Source of the DNA: an uncultured Melioribacter sp.
Lineage (GTDB): Bacteria; Bacteroidota; Ignavibacteria; Kapaibacteriales; Kapaibacteriaceae
Reading direction: 5' to 3'
DNA: 64,000 nt
Assembly (NCBI GenBank): GCA_964393485.1
Contig: CAYMTW010000003.1
Location: 13,773 to 77,772 of the forward strand
Numbering within the stretch: position 1 is the first letter of the stretch; each line of letters begins with the position of its first letter. Below the pieces are notes generated by a model, which was not told the DNA's origin, searched no databases, and worked only from the letters and a program-made list of their open reading frames with translations. This document shows positions 1 through 9,584 of the stretch, piece by piece. The translations under genes were made by a program, and so were the position numbers.

Positions 1-750
1 TTTCCATGACTGGAGTTCGATCGTGACCGAGCCGATATAGACCTTCATCTTGGCTTTGATGGGCACGCGTGCAGCGTCATCACTGAACCAACCTTCAAAG
101 TTTCCGCTCAGACCATAGATACCAGTCCAGTTTGCGATGCCATCGAGGTAAAGTGTCTTGACAGGATACTTCACCGCATCGATCTCCACCGAGCCCCTGG
201 TGCCTCGACAGTTAACGACGGTATTGACCGTGTCGTCCATGATGATGGTTGGCAAACGGAATGTCCTCTTGGCACTAACAAGACTACGAGCTGCATACAG
301 GATGGAGCTGCCGTCATTGTATTTCTTGGTGATCGTGTATGACTTATTGCCGACCCTCTGCTTGTCGCGGAACTTCTCCATGACCAGTGACCGCGCATTG
401 TAATCGAGGACGTACTGATCAAACTCCCACCTGCCGCCGTCGATCTCGGTATTGGCATTGAAGTGCCGCGAGAATGTAATTGACGTGTCCATCCATGATT
501 CGTAGATCGAATTCAGCGAGACAAATGGAATGCTGGGACTGGACTTGATAAAGACCTTCACCTTTGCAACACGCTCGCCATTGCGCGTAGTGTATCCCTC
601 GGTGACCGTGCGGATGGTACCAAGGGTGATATTCAGATAGGATACGCGGTAGAGCATCTCTTCGCCGGCGTAGATAAAATCCTGTGCCGAAGCCTGGCTG
701 GCACCTAAGATCGACAACACCAAAAGAGCGATCCCCACGATTCCTCTCAT
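1..750 (-). CDS. DUF3108-like secreted protein (5' complete, 3' end beyond the left window edge)
   Basis: Not in the supplied ORF track because no stop lies in the window. My own reverse-strand translation from ATG (750..748) stays open for all 250 codons: MRGIVGIALLVLSILGASQASAQDFIYAGEEMLYRVSYLNITLGTIR...LSGNFEGWFSDDAARVPIKAKMKVYIGSVTIELQSWK. It has a signal peptide plus the E-x-L-x-Y-x-V-x-Y and W-x-SDD-x-x-R-x-P pattern I associate with DUF3108. Confidence 0.6.
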   Translation of the reverse strand, partial: MRGIVGIALLVLSILGASQASAQDFIYAGEEMLYRVSYLNITLGTIRTVTEGYTTRNGERVAKVKVFIKSSPSIPFVSLNSIYESWMDTSITFSRHFNANTEIDGGRWEFDQYVLDYNARSLVMEKFRDKQRVGNKSYTITKKYNDGSSILYAARSLVSAKRTFRLPTIIMDDTVNTVVNCRGTRGSVEIDAVKYPVKTLYLDGIANWTGIYGLSGNFEGWFSDDAARVPIKAKMKVYIGSVTIELQSWK

Positions 751-788
751 AATTGCAATTCTCAGTAGTGATACAATGGACTGGGATA

Positions 789-2402
789 TCAGCGAGTCTT
801 CGCAATACGAGCTGCTTCGGGGAAGAGCGTCAGAGCCTTCTTCACCTGTTTGTCCATAGCCAGCATCACGGATGTGAACCCATTGTTGTTAAACACCGAA
901 CGTCCAACGTAGGCTTTGATCGCCAGTCGTAGATACTCAGCGTCGGCAGCGAATTCCTTCTCGTTCCACTCTACAGATTTTGCTTCGGCAGCCTTCTTGA
1001 GGCTTAAAAGATCACCGTCGGTGATCGTGAACTCCCTCAGGAATTTCTTCATGTCACCGCCGTAGGTAGAACGGATCTCTTTACCACGCACTCGCATGAT
1101 CTGGTCTGCCATTTCCCAGAAGAGATTTTTCGCACGCAGTTTTCTTGAAAGGGGCACGATGGTATCCTGCTTGACGATGTAGTCAGGCATGATGCCGCCG
1201 CCACCATAGACGGTTCGTCCTGATGCGGTCTTGAACTTCGGGCGTGTATTCGAGGTGTCATCGGTCTTGTGATCGATGTTATCACCTTCTTGGCCGTCCT
1301 CACGTCCTTCACCCGAGTAGTACTTGTCCTTGTCACCATACGGACGCTGGATCAGACGTCCAGACGGCGTATAGTAGCGAGAGATCGTCAGGCGGAATGC
1401 AGACCCGTCACCCATCGGATACTGGCGCTGGACAAGCCCCTTGCCGAATGACGTTTCTCCGACGACCAGTCCGCGGTCAAGATCCTGAATCGCACCCGAG
1501 ACGATCTCACTGGCCGAAGCCGAGCCGCCGTTGATCATTACGATCAGCGGAATGTCCTCGAGAGCGCCGCCAGGTGATGACCAGAAGTCTTCATCAAACT
1601 CCGGACGACGGCCCTTGGTATAGACCAGCTTCTTCCCGTCGGAGATGAACTCATCGGAGATCTTGAATGCCTGATCCAAGTAGCCCCCTCCATTGTATCG
1701 GAGGTCGAACAGAAGTTTCTTCATGCCCTGTGTGCGCAGCGTCCGGGCAGCGTTCATCACCTCGTCATGCGTGGTAGCACTGAACCTGTTCACAACGATG
1801 TAGCCAACGTCGGTGCCATCGATCATGAAGTATGCATCAACGGAGTTTACAGGGATCTTGTCACGAGTGACTTCATACACCAGCAGATCAGCCTGACCGG
1901 CCCGCTTGATATGGAGCTTTACAACGGTACCCTTCGGGCCTCGAAGTTTCTTGGGGACCTGCTCGCGCGTTGTCTTAACGGCTGACGTGTCATTGATCTT
2001 TACGATCTTATCCCCGGCCATGATGCCTAGGGCTTCGCTGGGTCCGCCAATGATCGGCGTCACAACCGTGATCGTATCGCTGATCACGTCAAACTCGACG
2101 CCAATACCATCAAATGAACCCCGGAAATCTTCTTCGACCTTGACCATTTCTTTGGCTGTGATATACACCGAGTGCGGGTCAAGTTCTTCAAGCATGCCAC
2201 GAATAGCGGCTTCTGTCAGTTTCTGGGTGTCGACTTCCTCAACGTAATTCTTGACGGCCATGGACAGGACATCCGAGAACTTCCGGGTCTGGTCCATGAC
2301 CGAGTCGCCCGACATGACGGGCTGTACGATAAAGCCAATGCCGATACCGACAACGACCGCAACGGCCGCCAGTACCGACAAACGAACAGAGAGATTTTTC
2401 AT
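789..2402 (-). CDS. C-terminal processing (tail-specific) peptidase, family S41
   Basis: PDZ segment (GIGVEFD..IIGGPSEALGIMAGDKIVKIND) and S41 catalytic block (MINGGSASASEIVSGAIQDLDRGLVVGETSFGKGLVQ). The ORF is open to 2450. I start it at M17 (cat at 2400..2402), which gives a normal signal anchor MKNLSVRLSVLAAVAVVVGIGIG. Confidence 0.9.
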   Translation of the reverse strand: MKNLSVRLSVLAAVAVVVGIGIGFIVQPVMSGDSVMDQTRKFSDVLSMAVKNYVEEVDTQKLTEAAIRGMLEELDPHSVYITAKEMVKVEEDFRGSFDGIGVEFDVISDTITVVTPIIGGPSEALGIMAGDKIVKINDTSAVKTTREQVPKKLRGPKGTVVKLHIKRAGQADLLVYEVTRDKIPVNSVDAYFMIDGTDVGYIVVNRFSATTHDEVMNAARTLRTQGMKKLLFDLRYNGGGYLDQAFKISDEFISDGKKLVYTKGRRPEFDEDFWSSPGGALEDIPLIVMINGGSASASEIVSGAIQDLDRGLVVGETSFGKGLVQRQYPMGDGSAFRLTISRYYTPSGRLIQRPYGDKDKYYSGEGREDGQEGDNIDHKTDDTSNTRPKFKTASGRTVYGGGGIMPDYIVKQDTIVPLSRKLRAKNLFWEMADQIMRVRGKEIRSTYGGDMKKFLREFTITDGDLLSLKKAAEAKSVEWNEKEFAADAEYLRLAIKAYVGRSVFNNNGFTSVMLAMDKQVKKALTLFPEAARIAKTR

Positions 2403-2482
2403 GTATGATCCGGCGTGAGGAGTCGCAAAACTACGGAATGGAAACCCCACTAATGACGTTGAGTCGGGCGGGAGAGTGTTGC

Positions 2483-5400
2483 TCAGCGCGTGATCACGAC
2501 CGGAACAACCTGCGTCTGATCAGTGATGATCTGACACGCATAGTGTCCGGCGGGGGCATCAGAGCACTCTACCGATACTGCGGACGTGGCGTCTCCGGAC
2601 CAGACACGTTCCCAGACAACGCTACCCATCAGATCGACGAGGCGAATGGTACAGGCGCTGACGCTGGACTCACCGAAGGCAACAACAAAGGCGTCCCGCG
2701 CCGGCTGTGGCATGATCAAGGGTCGACCCAGACGACGCGCAGTAGCGGTGATCGGAGCGTCGCAGCGGCTGATGCCCTCATACTGCTTCACCTGGCCACG
2801 TCCAGATACGATCACGCGTCGCACGCGGCAGTTCGCCTCAAAATCCAGGGTGTCGTAAAGGAACTTTGATGTGTCAGCCACACTCGGACTGAAACAAACG
2901 ATCAGTGACGCACGTCCGGACGGGGCGACGACTATGTCGAACTGCGACCGCGGAAGACTGAACACCGTGTTGCCACGGATGAAGATATTCGAAAACGTGT
3001 GCGAAGTAAGACCAATGTTCTCCAGGTCCAGTGTATCGCATGTAACCGTGCCGATGGTATGAATCCCCATGGGATGACGTATGACGGGGTCCAGCGATCC
3101 GGCGATCGACATCATGAAGCCCGGGATCGTATCGATTCGGCGCGAGACGTTGCCAGCCGAGTCAATGGCCTCAAAGCCATAGATCGCATCACGGTATGCA
3201 TCGATAAGGCGCACCCGGTATTGCTTGACAAGGGGCTTATCGAGCGTAGCATCAACTGAGCAGTTCACGAGGACCGAATCGAGAACTCGAGCCCCTTGAA
3301 GTCCGAGGTCTGCGGAGGTCTCGTCAAGGATTTCGACCTGAAACACACTGTCGCAGTCACCTCGGGTGGTGAGTACTGTAGGACCCTGCTTGTCCTGACG
3401 TTCATCGAACGTCATTTCGGCTACGGGCCGTCGCAGGCAGGAATCACCAAACACCAGTGTGTCGAGTGTAGTCTGCGTTGCAGTGCCCGCACGACAATAC
3501 CGGAGCATCCGCCGCTCACCTGGGAGCAGCGTCATAGGTTGTGGTTCATCAACGCGTGAGACTCCCGTGAACGAGGCCGTAAACGTACGCGGATAGGCAC
3601 CGTAATTCTCGATCTCGATAGAGTCGCAGCGCTCGCGGCCAACTGCCACAACCGAGCTCCTTTGAACAAGAGCACGCACCTGGCGCATTCCGGAAGTTGC
3701 GACGGTAAATCCAGGGATACGAATCTTCTGCCGGTTCTTTTGCAGCACACCGTCGATAGCTTCGATCTCAAGACTTCCGTCAAGGTACTCGTCCTGCAGT
3801 CGCACAACAATGGGGACAACGGCCTGTGGCGGGTTGAATCCGGGCAGATCTAGCACTGCGTTGGTGTCTGAACCCGGGATGACGGAAATCGTTCGAACCT
3901 TGGTGTCAGCGATCACCGAGTCGGCTATTCTTCCCTGGAACGTGTTGCACTGGAATGAACCAAGAAATATTGGTGGAAACACATCAAGCGGACGAAACGC
4001 CATGCCACCAATGTATCCGTAGGATACAGCACCACCATAGCCATAGACATAGATCCCAAACAGCGTGTCAGCGGAGATATCATGGACGCCGTCACGCATG
4101 GCAATGTTGGCGTAGCTAAACCCAGACGACGCGATGGGTTTGAACAGACTCAAGGGTATCGGTCTTCCGTCAAGTCGCAATGAGGCTATCCCTGCGTCAG
4201 GAACAACCACGTTCAGCCACTGCTCTTTGTACACGGAATCATCAACGACCGTTCGGTTACCAATCTGCTGATAGGTATACGATTGGATGCTGACAAAGCG
4301 GTAGGACTTCATGAACTGCTCTGCCGGTGGCACGAGCATCATCAGTGGATCACCGTACTCGGAACTGTCAACGTTACCGGGGTTGTTGTTCGGCACCCCC
4401 GAAGACTTCTTGAACTGAGCCGTAAGGGTTGGCCGTGTGGTGGTGATCTCAAACGCCGCAAGGAGTTTGTCCTCGTAGTAGTCACCCTCCATCAGCATTG
4501 TGCGACGCTGTCCGTTGACGAACACCTCCGTCGAATCAAAAGCTGCAACTACGCGGTAAAGATCATATCCCACCCCCATATCATCTGAGGGCTGAGAAAA
4601 TGGAGCAACGAATGCACTCTTACCCCATGTTCGAACAGGATTCATCTGCTCGATCAGACAGTCACGTGACTGAAGTTCCGAACGTAGCTCGATCGGAATG
4701 ATTGCACGGGTTTGTCCAGCAAAGACCGCCACAGGCCGTGAGGCACGAATCACAGAGCCCGTCAGATCACCACGAATGTCGCGTCGTGGGTCAGCCTGGA
4801 CGAGATAGGATTCGCCCTTGTTCAGGCGGACAGTTACTGACGATGCCGTCGGGTTTTTGATGGTTGGTACCGAGGGACGGATCGTTACCTGCGTGCTGTC
4901 TTCGGTGGCTACAACGGCAAACTGTGATGGTGTTGTTGCAGCATTGACATTAGCCGCTGTATTCGATCCGATGTCCGTGCTGTAGGTCATCACGACGTAG
5001 TCTTCAGCCAGAGCATCAGCCGGCAGAACAAGAAAAGCCTCACTGGTCAGCGGTGCCTGATTCAGTGCATAGACTGTCACATCATCGTCAGCCTGCACGC
5101 GTACATGCTGCGGTGCCGCTACTTCGTTCTGAGAGTTGGTAAAGTCCAGAGCTGCTCCGCTACTGGAGTACCCCTTCAGTTCGATCCCCTGATAGAAGGT
5201 CGCAAAACGATAGATGTTTCGGGCATCACTTATGGTGAAGTTCTGCGTCTGCGTCGAGCCATCACGTCGGCGCCAGGAGATCGTTCCTTTGGTGGGACGT
5301 TCCGCGCCGATGTAGATCTGCAGCTCATGCTGGAGCCGTTCGGCGCTTGTAAGTCCCTGCGACTCGTTGTTGTGAAAATTCGGAAGGAACGTCAGCCAGA

Positions 5401-5503
5401 AATCTCGCCCCTTGCTATCCGGCACGTCTTGTGCCACGCATGGCAAGCCCCCTGCCAGGAGCGCAGCGAGAAGGAGAACGATATAGTGCAGACGGAATCT
5501 CAC
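2483..5503 (-). CDS. 1006-aa surface protein: IgGFc-binding-type N-domain + Ig-like / choice-of-anchor-D-like modules + T9SS C-terminal sorting domain
   Basis: Signal peptide MRFRLHYIVLLLAALLAGGLPCVAQ. The first ~520 aa share signature blocks with 12931..15291 (GRDFWLTF, DLTGSVIRASRPVAVFAGQ, CLIEQMNPVRTWGK, GDPLMMLVPPAEQF, YVYGYGGAVSYGY). Ig-like modules follow. The last ~75 aa (IMPQPARDAFVV..GHYACQIITDQTQVVPVVITR) look like a T9SS CTD. The GTG start overlaps the upstream stop (GTGA). Confidence 0.75.
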   Translation of the reverse strand: MRFRLHYIVLLLAALLAGGLPCVAQDVPDSKGRDFWLTFLPNFHNNESQGLTSAERLQHELQIYIGAERPTKGTISWRRRDGSTQTQNFTISDARNIYRFATFYQGIELKGYSSSGAALDFTNSQNEVAAPQHVRVQADDDVTVYALNQAPLTSEAFLVLPADALAEDYVVMTYSTDIGSNTAANVNAATTPSQFAVVATEDSTQVTIRPSVPTIKNPTASSVTVRLNKGESYLVQADPRRDIRGDLTGSVIRASRPVAVFAGQTRAIIPIELRSELQSRDCLIEQMNPVRTWGKSAFVAPFSQPSDDMGVGYDLYRVVAAFDSTEVFVNGQRRTMLMEGDYYEDKLLAAFEITTTRPTLTAQFKKSSGVPNNNPGNVDSSEYGDPLMMLVPPAEQFMKSYRFVSIQSYTYQQIGNRTVVDDSVYKEQWLNVVVPDAGIASLRLDGRPIPLSLFKPIASSGFSYANIAMRDGVHDISADTLFGIYVYGYGGAVSYGYIGGMAFRPLDVFPPIFLGSFQCNTFQGRIADSVIADTKVRTISVIPGSDTNAVLDLPGFNPPQAVVPIVVRLQDEYLDGSLEIEAIDGVLQKNRQKIRIPGFTVATSGMRQVRALVQRSSVVAVGRERCDSIEIENYGAYPRTFTASFTGVSRVDEPQPMTLLPGERRMLRYCRAGTATQTTLDTLVFGDSCLRRPVAEMTFDERQDKQGPTVLTTRGDCDSVFQVEILDETSADLGLQGARVLDSVLVNCSVDATLDKPLVKQYRVRLIDAYRDAIYGFEAIDSAGNVSRRIDTIPGFMMSIAGSLDPVIRHPMGIHTIGTVTCDTLDLENIGLTSHTFSNIFIRGNTVFSLPRSQFDIVVAPSGRASLIVCFSPSVADTSKFLYDTLDFEANCRVRRVIVSGRGQVKQYEGISRCDAPITATARRLGRPLIMPQPARDAFVVAFGESSVSACTIRLVDLMGSVVWERVWSGDATSAVSVECSDAPAGHYACQIITDQTQVVPVVITR

Positions 5504-6372
5504 AGGTCAAAACGTCCCTTAGATACACCATGGGAATCGAAGAGTTCAACAGAAAGTTCCGTCTGACGCACCCGAACGCAGGCAAAACCGCCATCAGTAT
5601 ACGCAATCTTGGAATGTGGGCCCAGGCGCGTGGGGCGCTCGCCACCGCCGCCGCCCGATACCAGGCAGGCGAATCGATCGGCTGGATTACGAATCAGCTG
5701 TATGTCGTGATCGTGCCCGCACATGTACATGCGCACGCGATGCTTGTCCAGAATGGGCTTTACATGGGTAACAAGGGGCTTACTGTCCTGGTAATGCCCA
5801 TAGCTGCGCAATGGATGATGTCCGACCACTACAGCGACACCAGACGGTGACGACGTCAGCGTTTCATCAAGCCATGACAGCTGGTTTTTCCAGCCGTCGG
5901 CCCCCTGCATGATGGGTGTCGTGTCGATACCGAGGATTGAAAGCACGCCACCACCAGCAGCAGTCACGTCCTTCTGCCACGTCCGGCCCGGCATATTCCA
6001 GCGATGATTGCGCTTGCCATAGGCGACCTGAGCATCGGGGTTGCCACGATGATCATGATTACCCAGAACGCTCCACCATGGCAGTGGCAGATCGGCATAG
6101 ATCTTCTCGAACTTCGTCTTCCACTGCGGGTCTGCGTCCGACGTTACACCGTCGGGATAAATGTTGTCGCCGGTGCTGACAACGAACGATGCGCCGCTGC
6201 GGCCGGCTACACCCGTCATCGCCGCTGCGATGCGACGCTGCAGAGCGCCCCCTGTTCCCCAATCGCCTACGACAAGGAATGCAATCTCATCGGCAGCAAG
6301 AAGATTCCCGAGAGCCCCAATGGAAAGGGGCATCCCGGCCAATGTGGTGACAAGGAAATGACGACGGTTCAT
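5500..6372 (-). CDS. Tat-exported metallophosphoesterase (purple-acid-phosphatase-like)
   Basis: Twin-arginine leader MNRRHFLVTTLAG. Metallophosphoesterase motifs GDWG, GDNIYPDG, GNHD, GHHP and GHDH occur in canonical order. Confidence 0.85.
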   Translation of the reverse strand: MNRRHFLVTTLAGMPLSIGALGNLLAADEIAFLVVGDWGTGGALQRRIAAAMTGVAGRSGASFVVSTGDNIYPDGVTSDADPQWKTKFEKIYADLPLPWWSVLGNHDHRGNPDAQVAYGKRNHRWNMPGRTWQKDVTAAGGGVLSILGIDTTPIMQGADGWKNQLSWLDETLTSSPSGVAVVVGHHPLRSYGHYQDSKPLVTHVKPILDKHRVRMYMCGHDHDIQLIRNPADRFACLVSGGGGGERPTRLGPHSKIAYTDGGFACVRVRQTELSVELFDSHGVSKGRFDL

Positions 6373-6398
6373 GCGGCCGGAAACTACGATATTCGCAT

Positions 6399-6941
6399 GT
6401 GCGCAAGCTCACCTATGAAGAACTGGTTCAGCAACGCCTGTCACCGCAAGAAGCGGCGCAGGCCAAGCGTCATCCCATCCAGGTGGTCCTGCACGACATT
6501 CGGAGTCTGTACAACGTGGGTTCGATCTTCCGCACCTGCGACGCGTTCGGCGTCGAACACGTGTACCTGACGGGGTTTACGCCCGCACCCCCACGACCCG
6601 AGATCTCCAAGACCGCTCTGGGTGCCGAACAGGTCGTGCCATACTCCTATCACCCCTCAACAACCGACCTCGTAGGTGAACTGCGTGGCAGGGGGCTTAC
6701 CATTGCCGCCGCAGAGATCGCCGAAGGCTCGCGCAGGGCAGAGATGCTCTCACCGGCAGAGTTTCCGCTGGTCCTCATCCTTGGCAACGAGCTCACTGGC
6801 GTCCCGGATGAACTCCTGCGGCTGTGCGACTTGGCCCTTGAGATCCCGATGTATGGCACCAAGCACTCGCTGAACGTTTCGGTTGCTGCCGGCGTTCTGC
6901 TTTCCTCGATCACTGCACGATACCGAGAGACCCATCCATGA
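6399..6941 (+). CDS. SpoU/TrmH-family RNA 2'-O-ribose methyltransferase
   Basis: SPOUT motifs VVLHDIRSLYNVGSIFRTCDAFGV, LILGNELTGV and IPMYGTKHSLNVSVAAGVLL. GTG start. Confidence 0.85.
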   Translation: MRKLTYEELVQQRLSPQEAAQAKRHPIQVVLHDIRSLYNVGSIFRTCDAFGVEHVYLTGFTPAPPRPEISKTALGAEQVVPYSYHPSTTDLVGELRGRGLTIAAAEIAEGSRRAEMLSPAEFPLVLILGNELTGVPDELLRLCDLALEIPMYGTKHSLNVSVAAGVLLSSITARYRETHP

Positions 6942-7678
6942 AGATCGCTGTTCCGACCCTTGCGTTGGCCCACCCCCTAACGTTGAATCTCGAAGCTGTC
7001 TGCGCAGAGCAGGGAATCACCGTCCGACATGCTTCACTTGAGCAGTGTGGCGAGCTGCTGTTTGCCAACATGGTGGATGCGGCACTCGTCTCGCCCCTTG
7101 GATATGGAATGGGTGTTGGACGAGTGGATTATCGAATCGCAGCCGGACCCTGCCTTGCTCTTCGGGAATATACCAATGTCTATGGAGCATCGTTCTCCGA
7201 AGGCAGCAAAGGGCTCTCTACATTCTCGAGCGACGAGCCCGACTCATTCATGTCGCTCATGATGCGCTTGGCCATGTCGGAAAAGTTCGATGTTCAGCTC
7301 AGCCCCGTTGCTGACGGTTCCACGGCCGACTGTGTGATGGGTCCGTCGCAGGCAGGGCATACCCATGCTCTGGACCTTGGCGAAGAGTGGTTTGATATGG
7401 CCGAGGCTCCTCTGCCCCTTGCCCTCTGGGTTGTGCGCGTGGATTCGGAGATCGCCAGCTTCGACGACCTGGTCAACCGGGCCTGCCAACCCGGGCTCAC
7501 GGAACGTCCGGTGAGCGAGGTTATTCCGTTACACTCAGAGCATGCACCGCGCGAGGGAAGTATTCTCTATCGATGGTCGGAGAGTATCGAAGAGGGGCTG
7601 CTGGCTACACTCAACACCTTGTTCTTCCACCAGCTCCTGAGCGAGATCCCGGCCATCAAACTCTACGGTCAGGACTGA
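6938..7678 (+). CDS. MqnA/MqnD-family protein (futalosine-route menaquinone biosynthesis, PBP-like fold)
   Basis: MKIAVPTLALAHPL.., DAALVSPLGY and DLGEEWFDMAEAPLPLALWVVR resemble the MqnA/MqnD pattern (DLG..W...TGLP.VFA.W). ATGA overlap with the upstream methyltransferase gene. Family call by eye only. Confidence 0.5.
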   Translation: MKIAVPTLALAHPLTLNLEAVCAEQGITVRHASLEQCGELLFANMVDAALVSPLGYGMGVGRVDYRIAAGPCLALREYTNVYGASFSEGSKGLSTFSSDEPDSFMSLMMRLAMSEKFDVQLSPVADGSTADCVMGPSQAGHTHALDLGEEWFDMAEAPLPLALWVVRVDSEIASFDDLVNRACQPGLTERPVSEVIPLHSEHAPREGSILYRWSESIEEGLLATLNTLFFHQLLSEIPAIKLYGQD

Positions 7679-7719
7679 CATCCCCTATTTTTGCTGCACC
7701 ATTATCACGAAAGACTCAC

Positions 7720-8370
7720 ATGCAGATCTATGTCGATAGCGCAAACCTCAAGGAAATCCAGCACGCCGCCGCGATGGGCTTCATTAGTGGTGTGACCACA
7801 AACCCGTCATTGCTGGCCAAGGAAGATCCATCGACGAACATCAGGGACCTGATCCTGAAGATCCACGAGTCCGTTGGTGGCCATACTAGCGTGGAAGTCA
7901 TCAGCACCGATACCGATGGCATGCTGCGCGAAGCCGATGAGATCCTGAAGTGGTTTCCCGATGCGACGATCAAGATACCGTTCATCCCGGCCGGACTGAC
8001 GGCCGTGCGCAAGCTCAGTGATCAGGACATTCCAACCAACGTCACGCTGCTTTTCACGGCAAATCAGGCCCTGATCGCTGCCAACGCTGGCGCTACCTAT
8101 GTGAGTCTGTTTATGGGACGTCTCGACGACATCGGCACAGACAGCCTCATCGCCCTACAGGACACCTGTGAGATCTGGGATGCTCAGGGTCTGGACGCGC
8201 AGATCATTGCCGCCTCGATCCGCACGCCGATCCACCTGCTCGAATGCGCCAAGGCCGGTGCGCACATCGCGACAGTCCCCTACAAGGTACTCATGCAGTC
8301 GATGAAGCATCCCCTTACCGACGCTGGACTCGAGGCATTCCTCAAGGATGCCGCTAAGCTCACGATGTAA
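7720..8370 (+). CDS. tal: Transaldolase / fructose-6-phosphate aldolase (short Tal/FSA subfamily)
   Basis: MQIYVDSANLKEIQHAAAMGFISGVTTNPSLL and DATIKIPFIPAGLTAV (Schiff-base Lys context). The ORF track begins at 7573. The in-frame ATG at 7720 gives the canonical N-terminus and removes the overlap with 6938..7678. Confidence 0.9.
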   Translation: MQIYVDSANLKEIQHAAAMGFISGVTTNPSLLAKEDPSTNIRDLILKIHESVGGHTSVEVISTDTDGMLREADEILKWFPDATIKIPFIPAGLTAVRKLSDQDIPTNVTLLFTANQALIAANAGATYVSLFMGRLDDIGTDSLIALQDTCEIWDAQGLDAQIIAASIRTPIHLLECAKAGAHIATVPYKVLMQSMKHPLTDAGLEAFLKDAAKLTM

Positions 8371-8879
8371 TGTCCATGAAAACCGTCATCATCACCACGG
8401 TCATGATCCTCATGACCCTGACGGCCATTGGCAGAACCAGCGACAGAGCCATCGGCAAGCAGGCCAGAGAATTCACGCTCCTCGACCAGTATGAAAAAGA
8501 ATGGTCGTGGTCAAAGAACTGGAAGGGACGCCCGACGATCATTGTGCTCAGTGACTGGAAAGGTAGCGACTACACAGCAGCCTGGACGGACCCACTCGTG
8601 GCACGTTTCAAGGACCGCGTGCAGTTCGTCGCCATGGCCGATGTATCGTTGGCTCCTGGCTTTCTCGAAGGCTATCTGCGGTCACGTTTTCGTGATGCCT
8701 ACAAGACGCCCATCCTTCTGGACTTTGAGGGCGATGTGTTCGAATACTATCAGTTTGTCTCGGGTACCCCCAACGTTCTCTTCATCGATGCCTCAGGCAC
8801 GGTGCGCCTGCACACCTGGGGCAAGGGGGCGAGTGAATCCGTGACAAAATTCGCCGATAACGTTCAGCAGCTTCTCTGA
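8370..8879 (+). CDS. Exported thioredoxin-fold (TlpA/AhpC-like) protein lacking any cysteine
   Basis: N-terminal signal/anchor MSMKTVIITTVMILMTLTAIG. FTLLDQYEKEWSW..GRPTIIVLSDW and VLFIDASGTVRLH resemble a redoxin fold. The 169-aa sequence contains no Cys. The start ATG shares one base with the upstream TAA. Confidence 0.45.
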   Translation: MSMKTVIITTVMILMTLTAIGRTSDRAIGKQAREFTLLDQYEKEWSWSKNWKGRPTIIVLSDWKGSDYTAAWTDPLVARFKDRVQFVAMADVSLAPGFLEGYLRSRFRDAYKTPILLDFEGDVFEYYQFVSGTPNVLFIDASGTVRLHTWGKGASESVTKFADNVQQLL

Positions 8880-8897
8880 AGCACACCAGTATTTCTA

Positions 8898-9584
8898 ATG
8901 CCTGCCATTGTCGATAAAGCCGCCAAGCGCGCCCAGATCGTCAGCCATGCGGCCGAGGTCTTCTCCCAGACTGGCTACCATGCATCCAAGATGGCCGATA
9001 TCGCCAATGCGGCAGGCATTGGCAAGGGTACGATCTACGAGTACTTTGCAACGAAAGAGCAGCTATTCCTTGCCGTCTATGACGCCTGGATGGGTCAGTA
9101 CGAACGCCTCGTGCGTGAGCGTGTGGCCGACGCCGTCGATGCCCTATCGAAGGTCGATGCTGTGCGCGAAAGTGCCGTTGAATTCTACGAATCTCGCGCT
9201 GTGCAGGCCCCCTTGCTACTAGAGTTCTGGGCTCATGCGCTGCGTACCGACAACCCGGCCTTTCTCGAACGCATCAATGTCACGCGGGAGTTTCTGCGCT
9301 CAATTGGCCGCGAGCTTACTGGTGAGTTGGTGCGTGCCGGTTGGTTCCGCGACGTAGACGTCAATGCCTTCACCGATCTTGAAGCGGGCATGTCCGACGG
9401 GATCTTTCTGACGTGGGTGCTCGAGGGACGATCTTTCCCGCTCGATAAGGCCTTCACGTTCCGTCAAAGCGTTATCGGTCTAGGGTTGCTGGCACCTGAA
9501 TCACGCGCACTTCTCGAGGACCGCCTTGGCGCAAAGTTGAAAAAGGGGCTAGGTACTACCACGCGATCAAAAACAGGACGATAA
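8898..9584 (+). CDS. TetR/AcrR-family transcriptional regulator
   Basis: N-terminal HTH IVSHAAEVFSQTGYHASKMADIANAAGIGKGTIYEYFATKEQLF. Confidence 0.9.
   Translation: MPAIVDKAAKRAQIVSHAAEVFSQTGYHASKMADIANAAGIGKGTIYEYFATKEQLFLAVYDAWMGQYERLVRERVADAVDALSKVDAVRESAVEFYESRAVQAPLLLEFWAHALRTDNPAFLERINVTREFLRSIGRELTGELVRAGWFRDVDVNAFTDLEAGMSDGIFLTWVLEGRSFPLDKAFTFRQSVIGLGLLAPESRALLEDRLGAKLKKGLGTTTRSKTGR

Noticed and set aside
419-805. 128-aa ORF 419..805(-) from the track
   Set aside because: It is out of frame with, and fully overlapped by, the DUF3108-like gene I translated from 750 to the window edge. That gene has a signal peptide and family-like motifs.
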